From: Saprolegnia diclina VS20
Lineage: Eukaryota
DNA length: 64,000 nucleotides
Direction of reading: 5' to 3'
Assembly (NCBI RefSeq): GCF_000281045.1
Contig: NW_008246089.1
Coordinates: forward strand, 268,737 to 332,736
Within the stretch, counting starts at the first letter, position 1. Each line of letters opens with the position of its first letter. Below the pieces are notes generated by a model. The model was not told the origin of the DNA, made no database searches, and saw only the letters and a program-made list of their open reading frames with translations. A program made the translations under genes and the position numbers. Positions 37,702 to 50,060 of the stretch are shown here, in pieces.

Positions 37702-38880
37702 TTAGACCGTGATGAGGTTGCGACGGTTGGGGTGCTTCTGCAGCTTGTGCGAGCGCACTTCGAGGCGCTCGCGGTGCTTCTGGAACTTGTGGCGGACGCT
37801 AACGGCCTCTTGGATCGTGCGCAGCTCCATGTTGCCTTGGCGACGGTTGAGAAACTTGTTGGCGAACGAGATGGTGATCGCGGTCGTGCTGGCGTCAATG
37901 CCGGCCATCTGGTACGCCAGCAAAAGGCGCTCCTTGGTCTGCGCCAAGACCGACTCGCGGACCTCGTCGGGGCGGTGGCGCTGCTTGTAGTAGCGGCGCA
38001 GCTCACGCTGGCCGAGACGCGCGCCGCTCGGAAGTACGAGTTCACCTGTCTCGGAGATGCTGATCGTCTTGATGTGGGCGAGCTCATCTTCGTCGTCGTC
38101 GTCGTCGTCGTCGCCTTCTTCACCTTCGACTTCTTCGACGTCTTCCCACTCTTGGCCGTCGTTGCCGTACGACGACGTAAAGTCATAAAACTCTTCGTAC
38201 TCGTAGAGGTCGTTGTCCTCTTCGTAAATGAGCTTGCAGTGCGAGCGGTCAATCATGTGCTTTTGCGCGTCCTGGTACGTGCGGAAGACCTTGCCCTTCG
38301 TGTTGCAGTAAAGGCAGTAGTGGCCGAGCTTGACCTTCTCGACGAGGTACGTCATGAGGCCTTCGAGGTCCTTGAGGTACTCGAGGTCGGGCACGAAAAA
38401 GCCGTGCATCTTTTGCATGTGGATCAAGTTGGCTTCGAGCGACTCGGACGACTGCGTGCAGAACATGCAGTCTTCAAGCTTGAGCGAGATGTTGGCGTCC
38501 GGGTCTTCCTCCTCGTCCTCGGCCACGGGCTCGTCGTCCTTGACAGGTTCAAGGACCTTGGACGTGATCTTCTCTTCGCCGTCCTTCTTGACCGCCGCCA
38601 TGTGCTTCTTGGTCGCCTTGTGGTTGTCAAGCGCCTTGGTGTTGGTGAAGCTCTTGCCGCAGTTGTGGCACTTGTAGCTCATGTCGACCGGCGGCTCCTT
38701 GGGCGCGGCCGCGAGGGCCGACGCGCCGTCGGCCTTGCGCGCCTGGAACTGCGCCTCCGTGACCGCAGGGAGGCCCACGACCTTGCGCTTGAGGTTGTAC
38801 CGGTGCCAGTCGAGCTTGAAGTGCTCCTTCTGGAGCTCGTACGTCGGGAACTCTTCCCGGCAGGCCGTGCACGTCAACAT
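37702..38880 (-). CDS. REI1: Pre-60S ribosome maturation zinc-finger protein (REI1/ZNF622)
   Basis: CTAC..HFKLDWHRYNLKRKV, CMFC..HMQKMHGFFVPD, CLYCN..HMIDRSHCK and ELVLPSGARLGQR. Confidence 0.95.
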   Translation of the reverse strand: MLTCTACREEFPTYELQKEHFKLDWHRYNLKRKVVGLPAVTEAQFQARKADGASALAAAPKEPPVDMSYKCHNCGKSFTNTKALDNHKATKKHMAAVKKDGEEKITSKVLEPVKDDEPVAEDEEEDPDANISLKLEDCMFCTQSSESLEANLIHMQKMHGFFVPDLEYLKDLEGLMTYLVEKVKLGHYCLYCNTKGKVFRTYQDAQKHMIDRSHCKLIYEEDNDLYEYEEFYDFTSSYGNDGQEWEDVEEVEGEEGDDDDDDDEDELAHIKTISISETGELVLPSGARLGQRELRRYYKQRHRPDEVRESVLAQTKERLLLAYQMAGIDASTTAITISFANKFLNRRQGNMELRTIQEAVSVRHKFQKHRERLEVRSHKLQKHPNRRNLITV

Positions 38881-39667
38881 GGCGGATTTCCAAGTATGCT
38901 CGAGACCCGTCGCAGTGCTATTTTAATGGGAAAATCCAATGTATTTTATTTCGTTTGCTACGTATTCAATACAAATAATGAGCTTGTTTTGAATTTAGCT
39001 TTAAAAGAATCAACAGAAACAATTTTCGAAGCCCAATCCAATCAACTTGAACACCAATCAAATCGCCGGACGCCGTTGATTGGTCCATCGTTATTGCTCT
39101 CCCGGTTCCGGCCCCCGTCATGCCCCCCCCGGGGGACCTACCAAGAATACCACCAGGTGTGGCACATCGCACGATCACGCATGCAGCACACCATCGTTGG
39201 TTCACATGCCATCGGAATAAACGTAGAGTAGTTGTGTGTCTATGTACAGACGCCTTGGTCTTGGCGAGGCGCGCAGCTATGCAAAGTCGGCAATGATACG
39301 GTATAACGCAATGACTTTCGACGAAAATGGCGACCGAAGAAGCCAAGCACCTGCGCTTGCCGATGTGAGTACATTGCACACCTGAATACACTATGGAATG
39401 GAGGTGGAGGCGAGTACACACCAAGTCCTATGCACGAGCACCTGCCAATGGCGGATGTGGATGCAAGCACCTGCAGAGGCTGGTGGCGCTCTTTTCACAT
39501 GGCCCGGTACCCTCAAAACGCGCTGCAGAAATTTCTTGCGCGCGCCGCACATGCGGCACGTGCCTGCTTAAGTTCTTATTGCGCCAAAAGCGCACTTGAT
39601 CGGGTTGTCACGTGATCCGGAAAGATTTACGGGGACGCATCACACGAAGATTCGCCAGCGATCGACG

Positions 39668-41394
39668 ATGGCCATGTACCTGCGCTCGACGATGGCCCGC
39701 GCCTTGGGCAAGCGGTCGTTTGCGACGGCGGCGCGCGGCGCCTTTGCGACGCTCGAGGCGGCGGACGTCGCCCACCTCCGTTCGGTCTGCCCGAGTGCGC
39801 TTACCGACCCGGACGAGATTGCACCGTTCAACTCGGACTGGCTCAACAAGTACCATGGCCACAGCCAGTTGGTGCTGCGGCCCAAGAGCACGCAAGAGGT
39901 CTCGGACATTCTCAAGTACTGCAACGAGAAGAAACTCGCGGTCGTGCCCCAGGGCGGCAACACGGGCCTCGTCGGCGGCAGCGTGCCCGTCCACGACGAG
40001 ATCATCCTCTCGCTCGGCAACATGAACCAAGTCGAAGCGTTTGACGAGACGTCGGGTATCATTGTGTGCCAGGTAGATGCACCATTCTATCGACGAGGCA
40101 AGCGTCTGACCAAGGACGTAGGCGGGCTGCATCCTCGAAAACCTCGATGCGTATGCTGGCAAGTACGGCTACATGATGCCGTTGGACCTCGGCGCCAAGG
40201 GCACGTGCCAGATTGGTGGCAACGCAGCGACCAACGCGGGCGGTCTTCGCCTCTTGCGCTACGGGTCGCTCCACGGCTCGATTCTCGGTATCGAAGCAGT
40301 CCTTGCCGACGGCACGGTACAAGCCTCTACCTCACTGTCGTCATGTCTTCTCACGCACCCCACATGCAGATTGTCGACTGCTTGAGCACGATGCGCAAGG
40401 ACAACACGGGCTATGACCTCAAGCAGCTCTTCATTGGGTCCGAGGGTACGCTCGGTGTGATCACCAAGCTCTCGGTGCTCACGCCGCCACGCTCGACGGC
40501 CGTCAACGTTGCGCTCCTTGGCTGCGAGACGTTTGAGGACGTCAAGAAGGCCTTTGTGCAGGTAGATAGCCCATCGCACTCGAATCTCGTTCTTGTGTCT
40601 CACATTGCACTACTGCTGCATTAGGCCAAGAAGAACCTCGGTGAAATCCTCTCGGCCGTCGAATTTATGGACCGCGCGTCGCTCGACATGGTCATGTCGC
40701 AGCAGCCGTCGCTCGCCGACCCACTGAGCTCCAACTGCCCGTTCTACGTGCTCTTGGAGACGTCCGGCTCGAACGAGACGCACGACATGGAGAAGCTTGA
40801 GGGGTACCTAGAGCAGGTCATGGAGGCCGGCACGGTCGTCGACGGCACCGTGGCCCAGGACGCGGCGCAGGCCAAGAAGCTCTTTGGCATTCGCGAAGAC
40901 ATTACGCTCTCGCTGAGCTCGCGCGGCCACGTGTACAAGTACGACCTCTCGATTCCGATCGACGAGTACTACACGATCGTCGAAGACACGCGGTCGGCGC
41001 TCGCGAGCCATGACGCCAAGGTTGTGGCCTTTGGGCACCTCGGCGACTGCAACATCCACCTCAACATCTCGACGCTGGCGTACGACGACGCCGTGCAAAA
41101 GGCGCTCGAGCCCTTTCTGTTCGAGTGGACAGGTCGGTTTTCTATCAATGTTTCAACCGCGTATCGAGTTGACACACTCCACGTAGCCAAGCGCCGGGGC
41201 AGCGTTAGCGCCGAGCACGGCATTGGGACGCACAAACCGCACTTTCTGCACTTGTCCAAGTCGCCCGAGGCCATTCGCATGATGCAGCAGATGAAGTGCG
41301 TGTTTGATCCGAACGGGATCCTCAACCCCTACAAGGTAGTGTCCATACTCGTCGCATGTCGCACTCACAAACTACGTTCTAGGTGTTGCCATAA
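39668..41394 (+). CDS. D2HGDH: Mitochondrial D-2-hydroxyglutarate dehydrogenase (FAD-linked oxidase), 5 introns
   Basis: [69 protein letters not shown] and [10 protein letters not shown]; presequence-like N-terminus. Confidence 0.95.
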
Positions 41395-41451
41395 GGTTAC
41401 GTACTCTTAACAATCGTTTTTGCATCGATCTAGTATAGCTTGGTATGTGTG

Positions 41452-42522
41452 TCATGGTGACCGCGGTGGAATGGCCGTCGCAAGAGCCAGGTCCAAATGC
41501 GAGAAGCGCACCGATCCAAAGATACGTTCGGGCAGCTCGGCTTCGCTATTGCCTTGGAGCGTCAAGCTCAAGTCCACAACCAGCCGCTCGGCGTAGCTAG
41601 ATAAATAGGTTCGCTGAGGAGGAGGAGCAATCAGCGACGTACCCGCGACACAGGCTCACAATGTTGGACGCGATCGCGCTCGACCCAATGTCCATGTCGA
41701 CTTCGACGTAGTTGCGGCCAACGAAATAGCGCTGCGTGAGCTTGGAGCCAGTGATGGCTGGCTTCTGCGGCACGGCGGCCTTGATGAGCCACGGACCGTC
41801 GACGATCGTCGGCACGAGCTTGAAGCGCGCGTCTTGGAACGCCTGCGCCTCGGGTTCGTTGCTTTGAAACTGAGAAAAGAGTCCTGCAAACTTGGTGTCG
41901 CCGGAGAGGCCCTCGGCGGGGAGCCGCCAATACGACACAACGTGCACGAAGGGTGTCCCGGGCACCTACGCTCCCGCTAAGGATGACGACAATACAATGA
42001 ACTTACAACTACCTGCAGATTGACGATAAAGATGGTGTCGTCCGGGTGGGCCTTGGCACTCGAGGCGAGGAGGCTCTGTGGGCGTCGCAAGTCGAGCTCG
42101 GCGATGTGGTCTTGTCGGCCCGGCATCTCGTCGGTTGCTTTCCACATGTCGACATGCAGCAGCGTCCCGAGGCAGTCGCCTGCCCGTACTTTCTTGCCAT
42201 CGATGGTGTACGAGAGGCCACGCACGAGCGTCTCGGAGGACGATGGTTCGGAGAAGAGGTCGAGCATCGGTAGCCGCGCTTGGCACTGCTTGGTTTCTTC
42301 CGGCGACCGCACGTGGAGGCGTGGCAAGGCGGTCGTGAGCGTCGCCGGCAGCGTCTCGGCATTCGTCTTGGTGCCCATGTTGGTCGGTGCGTAATGGCGG
42401 ATCGCCGGCGCGGCGGACGAGAGGCTACACACGAGGAGGGCGAGAAGTGTCTCGCACGGCAGGAGAAGCCCTTCCAGAAAGATGCCAAGTGCGTCGGCCG
42501 CGATGTCGCAGGCCGTCGCCAT
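41452..42522 (-). CDS. EDR2 C-terminal (DUF1336) domain protein
   Basis: FIVNLQ-VPG, RFKLVPTIVDGPWLIK, NYVEVDMDIGSS and spliced last exon LQGNSEAELPERIFG. Confidence 0.88.
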
Positions 42523-42799
42523 GCCAAGCTACTGTTCTTTTCGAGGTGGCCCTTCGAATCTGAGATATTCCACGTCTCGTGATTGGTTCTATTTTTGCAA
42601 ACCAACTTCAACCTCCCAGAAAGGGCAATGTCAGCACGCATCAGGAGGCTGCCACGTACTTCTCGTTCTACTTCTTGACCCTCGCCAGCCTGCGATGCAC
42701 CGCCACCGCAGCGTGCATGGAGCCCATCGACCATGTCGCGCGATCAAGGCGCCCAGAGAAAATGGTGTCTTGCGTAATCAAGATTCAAATGATGGAGAG

Positions 42800-44123
42800 T
42801 CAGGTAGTATGACCATGGACAGAAGCTGCGACCGTATACATGGCCTTCACGCGCGGGTCCAAGAGCACCTCGAACTGCATCTGGAACGGCCGCGCGTCCA
42901 CTGCGCAGCGTCGCATGGAGGGATACGTGCCGTGCGTAAAGAACGCGGTGAGAAGCGCGTGCACGCAGCTACTCGGCTGGCTTACACTCGCGCCGTGACC
43001 ATAGCCATCGCGCACCACGAGCGCAGCGTTGGTGACCCCGAGCCTGCGAACGATGTCCTCTGCTGTCGCCTTGGTCGCCCATGCGTCGAGCTCTGTGGCC
43101 AGAACCAAGATACGATTGCGATACAGAGTTGACGCCAATGGCATAGTACGGGGTGGTATCCTCTCGGAACAAGCAATGGGATGTGACGCAAGCAGTGGAA
43201 GTCGAGCGACGTCACGCCACGCACTTGCGCTGGACGAAGGACACTTGACATCATCTCGCCACGACGCGATGTCGACGCTCTCGTTGCGCAGGAGCTTGGT
43301 CATCGTGGATGCCAGCCGCGGCCATCGACTGGGCACCGCCATTGCCCGAGCCACGGTTCGGCGCAACACCGACCCTTGGAGCGTGTCGCCTGTCGCTGTC
43401 GTCCAGGGCGACGCATCAACACGTTTGAGGAAAGCTGGCAACTGACCCACCGGCAGCGACGCGAGCGGGCAGCCACCTGCGCCGGCCACGGCACACTCGT
43501 TCAGAAAGGCGCGCAGTGTGGTCTCGAGGGTGACCAAGGACACGTGTCCGTCGTCATTTGGTATCGCGTCCAGAACGATGCGGCCAACCTTGTCGGGAAA
43601 GGTCGTCGCGTACGCAAGCCCGAGGCGACTACAGTAGAGCGTGCATGAGCATCTACTGTCGTCCAAGCTTCGAACCGTACGCGCCATCCGAGAGGCCAAA
43701 GTAGTGCAAGACGTCGCTGTGCACGGCACGACGAAGTGCGTCAAGGGCCATGACTGATTCTGCCCCATCCTGGCGCCCGTCCGACGTTGCAAAGGTGTGT
43801 GCATCGAGCGCTACAATGTCATAGAGACCGCCCGTGAGCAGTGCGACGCTGGGCGTGGCCATGGAGGCACTGGCGCCGCCGCGATGCACGACGATCGTCC
43901 CTTTGGACGCTGTCCCCGGCGGGACCATGTACGCTTGGACGGCCAAAGCGAGGGGGTGGCCGGGCACAGTAAGCGTGCCGCAGCGGTATCGCATGTCGAT
44001 TTGTCCGCAAGAATCACGCCAGTGGAGCGCGCTATTTGGGCGGCGAAGAAGCCAGACCGAGGCGTCCAAAACCACGGCAGTCGGCAAAAGTTGCACGTAC
44101 AACACGAGCAGCGCCAGCAGCAT
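42800..44123 (-). CDS. Divergent, shortened TAP-like S33 peptidase, paralog 3
   Basis: CGTLTVP, GLSDG, FPDKVGRIVLD, TELDA and RDGYGHG..SQPSSC; intron at the same position as paralogs 1 and 2. Confidence 0.82.
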
Positions 44124-45164
44124 ATTGACAAATGACCGTTGCGACGCCTGCCATAGCGGAATGCGTGCGATAAGGAGTGTTGGCAAGGTGGCCCCTTCAA
44201 CAACAAGAACTGAGCTCTGAACGCTCGTGTGTTGATGTGTGGGAGCGACTATTCTTGTGTACTAGTAGGTGCTTATGGACGCCACCAACCCTTGACTGTG
44301 GAATGTGCGTCATGTCAAATATGTCTTTGGCCGAGTGTATCAAGAGTTCTTGAAAACAACCTTGCCTTCAAGGGCTGGATTGGTGTCGGTTGGCACGGGA
44401 CCTACTAGTAGTAAAGCTAGTTCACCGTCCCACAAACTAATTCTGCAAGAGACATGAATAAATCGCATTTTGATATGACATTGTGTACAAATATTTTCGC
44501 TCGGAGAAGCCCAAAGGTCTTACAGACTGTGTTGCCACTTGGTCACTCTGGCTACACTGTAGATGAGGTCGAACAGCAAGTCGATACGAGCCAAACTTGG
44601 CGCTGAAAGGCTCTGTTGTGGCCAATGTCTCGTGCGACGATGAAAGGGGCTCGAGAATACTACCCCATCCGTCCGATTCGATGATAACGGGGTGACCGGG
44701 TAGGAACTTTTGTATTGAATGCGAAGCGTTGATTCACGGTATTGCGACGACGGCGCGTTGGCCTAGACAAAAGTCAACACTCGACCTTCGCTGTGCTGCG
44801 GCCAACTCGCCGTCGTCAGTCTTCGCGCGCTTCTGAAATCGCACCTAATCGGAAAACTGCATGAATATCAGTCAAGTACGCTGGCGCACTTAGATGAAGT
44901 AGATTCACTTTAATCGAGTAATTCGTCCCGACAATAGACAGCACTTAATGGGACTGCAAATTCGCACTTCACGGGACATGCTCCACGCGATGTGATTAGC
45001 CTAGACCAAAACAATTGCGTTTCATTGGCCAAATGGCTAGATATATAGCCAATGGGCTGGCCAAAAAATACGAATTCATCCTTGGGATGCTGGCAAATGG
45101 ATCGAACTTTCGGGCTGTTGGCGGCTCCGTTATTCAGTCGGCCACCAACCTCCGACGACCAAGC

Positions 45165-46261
45165 ATGGCCCACCGAGCGCCCACGACCCGCGCACCGCCC
45201 AACGGCCCGGACGGGTTTCCGCCAATGCACATGCTGCAAGCCATGCTCAACCAAGCGCAACGCTCCGTCGACAAGCTCAACAAGATCAACGACAAGAAGA
45301 GAAACGGCGACAACCACGCAAGCGACGACGATGACGATGCATCGGACGACGACGACGCATACGACGACGACGGCAACGCTAACGAGCGCCTCGACATGTT
45401 TGGCAACCCGATGCCCCGGGCCACGCGCCGCAAGCCGGCGTCGGCGGCGCGCCTCACGCTGCGTCTCAAGCAAATGTTTGTGCCCCGGCGCTGCGAAGTG
45501 GTCGACTGCGACCTCGACGGCGCCGATGTCAAGCCGTGCGCCAAGTGCCGCTGCGTCTTTTACTGCGGCCGCGACCACCAGCGCCAGGACTGGGCCCGCC
45601 ACAAGATCGACTGCAAGCACATTGCGAGCCTCGGCCTCTCGGGCATCCCGTACGACGAAGACGAAGAGCTCGAGAAGTTTCCATTTGACGTGTTTCCCGT
45701 CGTCAACTCGACGGTCGACACGTGCTTTGTCTGCGGCGCCGGCGAGAGCGAGGTGCATTTGGGCGTCACCGAGTGCTGCGGCCTCGTCGTTTGCGACAAC
45801 GAGCACGAGTACCTCATGGGCAGCTACAGCCGCAAGCACTGCTGGCGGTCGCACGGAAAGTACGACTGGCTTGTCTACCCTACTGACATCGCAATGCTAA
45901 CAACTCGCTGCAACGTAGATATACGACCTGCGGGTTTCACAAGAAGGAGGGCCACGGTCACCCCGACTGGCGCACGTGCCCGCACATGGAGTGCGTCAAG
46001 CAGCGCGAGAACCGGTCGGACCCGCGCGGCGGCGGTGGCGGGCGGAGCTGGTACGCGACCAACGGCTTCAACGCGACGCCGATGCTCGCCTCCGACATTC
46101 CCAAAGGCAGCATGCTCACGGGCAAGTGCGCGACGTGCCCACGCCGCATTGCCGACGGCTGGGACAACGTGGCGATGACCAAGGATGGCACACTCTGCAC
46201 TGTCTGCGGCAAAGTGCCTCCCGGCGCGCCCCCGGGTGGTGTGTCGTTCCAACTGCGCTAA
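45165..46261 (+). CDS. MYND zinc-finger protein with a further Cys/His-rich C-terminal domain; one intron near 45860-45918
   Basis: CEVVDC..CAKCRCVFYCGRDHQRQDWARHKIDC (MYND-like). Confidence 0.85.
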
Positions 46262-46356
46262 GTGGTCTCGCCACTCAACGATCCAACTATCCAAGTATCC
46301 AAGAACCGCAAACACGATACGTATTAGCCTACGACGTCGCTACTCGATCGGTTTGC

Positions 46357-47833
46357 TCAATGCTCCATGATACCACGTGCCTTTGTTTCGGGCAGCCACT
46401 TGTAAAACACAGCCAAGCAGACTGCGTACGTCAAGCCATAGCCACCAAAGGTCGCGCCGACCCCAATGCTCTCAAAGAGCGAGAGCATCGTGCCGTTGAT
46501 GAGGAGCGAGAACGCCGACATGGCGAACGTGCAGTAGCTCATGTAGCGCGCGCGGACCGCGCCATGACCAAACATCTCCGAGACGATGAGCACAAAGAGG
46601 AGGCCCGGGCCGCACGTTTGAAAGACGACGAGGAGCGCGAGCGCCAGAATGAGCACGTTCGAAGCTGCCGAGTGCGGCGTGTCGATCGACGGTACAAATT
46701 CAAAGAGCACAAAGCAGGCGAGAAAGGCGACGACGACGACCGTGTGCGTCACGAGGTAGATGTGGCGCCGCGAGTACTTGCGCACGAGGAACACCATGGC
46801 AACGACGACGGCGAGCACCGAGAGGAGGCAAAAGCTCATGCCAACAAGGTTCGAGTCGTGGCGCGAGAACGATGCCGACGACTTGGACACGATCTGCGGA
46901 CCATAAAAGAGCGATGCGTCGATCGAGTTGTTGGAGTACGCAAGCAAAATGCCGATCCAGAGTTCCCGCACCGAGTGGGGGCTGCCGAGAGACTCGGGTG
47001 TTAGCGGCGTCGCATCGTTTGCGTCCAGTCGCGCCTCGAGCGCCGAGGTCGCGGCGAGGTCGTTCTTGTAGCCGCGCCACGCTTGGCTTTCCTTGAAGAG
47101 ACCCGTGAGAAAGCTGGTTGCAATCGCGGCGGCGGGCAGAGAGCCCAGCAGCATCGTGAGGAGCCAGCTCTCGGAGAGCAAAATGACAACGTACGGCAGC
47201 ACCGTGCCCGAGAGGACGCTAGCCATAGCCACTGGTCGTGAGGCGACAGGCGACGAAGACAGGAGTTGCCTACCCGAGCTGGTAAAAGGCGACGGCCATG
47301 CCACGCGTGGCCGTGTCCGTCCCCTCGGCAATGTACATGGGCAAAATCAGGATCGAGAGCCCGTTGCCGACGCCGGTGCAGAGCCGCCAGAAGAGGAACG
47401 CGCCAAAAGAGCTGTGCCACGCAGCCGACCCGACCGCGCCAAGCATGGTCATGGCGCACGCGAGCAAAGCGACGTTGCGCCGGCCAAAGATGTCGGCGAG
47501 CCGCCCGCCGATCAGCATGGCCGCCGCGTCACTTAGCGTCGCGGCCGCACTGGCCATCTCTTGGTGCGACGTTGAGAGGTTCTATACGAGACGCACATGA
47601 GCGATTCGTCGACGCACGATGGCATGTACGAGGCTGTCGGCAATGTAGGGCAGCGACGGCGCAATGCTAGGCGACATGAGCGGCGGGATCAAGCGATGCA
47701 TCTACCTGACGTTGTAGCCGTAGATCATACCGCCGACGAGGCTGAACGCAAACCATAGCGGCGGCGCAAGACGGTACTTGTGCATGGCGGCCGACGGAAG
47801 AACGGAGAGTAAGTGCTGGCGCTCGCTGCTCAT
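46357..47833 (-). CDS. MFS sugar-porter family transporter, multi-exon
   Basis: GGMIYGYN, GRLADIFGRR, PMYIAE..RG, LPETK and many TM helices. Confidence 0.9.
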
Positions 47834-48044
47834 CGTCGTTGTGACCCAGGTGATGGCCGACAACCACACTGCGATCAGTATTTCAGCCAATGGCCTTTCG
47901 CAACGGCTGTTGACACGACGGAATTTTAGCCAATCCTTGACGTTCATCGAACGCGGCCTTTCTGTGTTTGATTGAAGTTGGGTATCTTTTGCGTTTAGAG
48001 AAAGGACAGAGCGGCGCAGGAGTGTAAGTGTATTCAACGAGCAT

Positions 48045-49446
48045 TTACAGTCGCTTGCGCAACGCGTACGCGATCGCTGGCAGCAGCACCAAGGCGGCGC
48101 CGGCCACAAGGAGCGACGTCGGAATACCGTTGGTGGCCGGCGGCGCCGGAATACCCCGCGTCGACGACTTCTTGCCGCTCTTGGGCGACCGGGACGTCGT
48201 CCCGAGGTCTTCGATATCGCGCTGCACGGGCTTCTGCACGCAGCAAAACCGTCAATGAATGCCAACACGATCGGTGAGTACCTTGGTCTTGGGAAGCGCA
48301 TCGTCGAGCTTCTTGACCGCGAGCTGGCCGCACGCGCCGTCAATGTCCATGCCGTGGTTCTCGCGCACCGTGACCTTGATGTTGTACTCTTGGCGGAGGA
48401 TGCCGTGGAAGGCCATGATCTCTTCCTTCGTCGGCGACTGGTACTCGGCGTCGACGTCGGTCGCATTGTACGGGATCAGGTTGACATGCTATATCGCAAG
48501 CATCTCGTCATCGACATTGAGCAATTTGGAGATGCATACCACCGACCGCCCGGCGAGCAGCCGACCGAGGTCGTGCGCGGTCTCCAGCGCGTCGTTGACG
48601 CCGCGCAGCATGATGTATTCCATCATGACCATGCGGTTCTCACGGTCTTTGAGGTGGTCGTCGATCGCCGCCATAAGCTTATCGAGCGGGTACGCTTTCG
48701 CCGTCGGTACGATCTTGACGCGGATCTCCTGCGTCGGCGCGTGCAGCGACAGCGCAAGGCGGATCAGCGGTGCGTCCTATATAGCCATATTGAGAACTGC
48801 GTGTTGCTTGACGAGAGACCTCTTTGAGCTGGCGAATGCGATGGATGACACCGACTGTCGAGAGCGTAATGTACTTGGGCGCAAGGCCAAACACCGACGT
48901 CATGGCCTTGATGGCGCCGAGGACGGCGTCGTAGTTGTTGAGCGGTTCGCCCATGCCCATGAAGACCACGTTGCGGATCGGCGCCACGCAGAACGCGTGC
49001 GCAAGTTGCTCGAGGATCTCGCCGGCCGCCAAGTCGGCAATGATGCCCATCGTGCCCGTCGCGCAAAAGGTGCAGCCCATTTGACAGCCGACCTGGCTCG
49101 AGACGCAGAGCGTGTTGCGGCCCGAGTGCTTCATGATGACGGCCTCGACGTTGTGGCCGTCTTGGAGCGTCACGAGGAGCTTTACAGTACCATCCCGCGA
49201 CACGTGCTTCTCGGCGATCGTCGTCGAGAAGATGCGAAAGTTGGCTTCGAGGAGCGGGTAGAGCTCCTTGGGCAGCTGCGGGATGTCACGGATCGAGACG
49301 TTGGCGTTCTGCGCCTGAACCTGCGACGCAATGTACTTCCAGATCTTCTGCGCGTGCACCTGCTTCATACCATGGGCCTCGAGGAACTCGGGCAGCAGCT
49401 TCGGGTCCAGGAGCGGCGCCGGCGACAGGACACGCTTCTTGACCAT
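48045..49446 (-). CDS. RlmN/Cfr-family radical SAM RNA methyltransferase with C-terminal hydrophobic tail
   Basis: CVSSQVGCQMGCTFCATG (CxxxCxxC), VFMGMGEP and DIDGACGQL. Confidence 0.93.
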
Positions 49447-49461
49447 ACCGGTTGATTTTTC

Positions 49462-49516
49462 GATTGGACCAACCACCAATCGACCAATCGCGGCAGAGAT
49501 CGCAATGTGATTGGTT
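49462..49516. promoter_or_regulatory. Cluster of CCAAT/ATTGG boxes immediately upstream of the RlmN-family gene
   Basis: gattggaccaaccaccaatcgaccaatcg...gattggtt. A similar cluster lies at 39033-39085, upstream of REI1. Confidence 0.55.
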
Positions 49517-50060
49517 GAAATTATACCGTCGGACGGCAACCATCTTCGCCGACGCCACGTGGGCTCTGTCTTGCACACGTGTACAAGTATATTTCTCAAC
49601 TAGTCATAAATTTAGTAGCAAATCGTCGTCGGAGTTGGCGTTAGCAATCGGTAATGATTTCCATTTCGGGTTGAATCTGGCCTTGTCGCGGTTAGGTGAT
49701 GGGTAGTATTATAGACGCGCGCTCTCGGTTTGTGCTCGTTGATGGTGGCCCGAGTAGCCGCGTTGTCCCAACTGCTACTCCGACTGCTCGACTTGAGCTC
49801 GACTTGAGCTACAACATCTTTGATTCCACTTCACTCTATGCTTTATAAGCCTCAATACATGCTCACGACATTTTCGCGACGCCGAGGGCTAGGTGTTGGC
49901 TGCAATAGAGGCTCCCTAGACCAACTCAACGGGAATGGCAAGGGAATGACGAACTTTCGTGGGTCGGTTGACGTGTTGTAAGCACAGGACACAGGCACGC
50001 GACAGCTGTGTTTTATAAAAAATAAATAGGCTGTGCTGCCAAGTCTCGAATTGTTGGCGG

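Noticed and set aside
39340..39476. AGCACCTGC three times in the REI1-D2HGDH intergenic region
   Set aside because: Too short and irregularly spaced for a CRISPR-like or structured array.
49787..49810. Tandem CTCGACTTGAG duplication
   Set aside because: Only two copies; most likely replication slippage.
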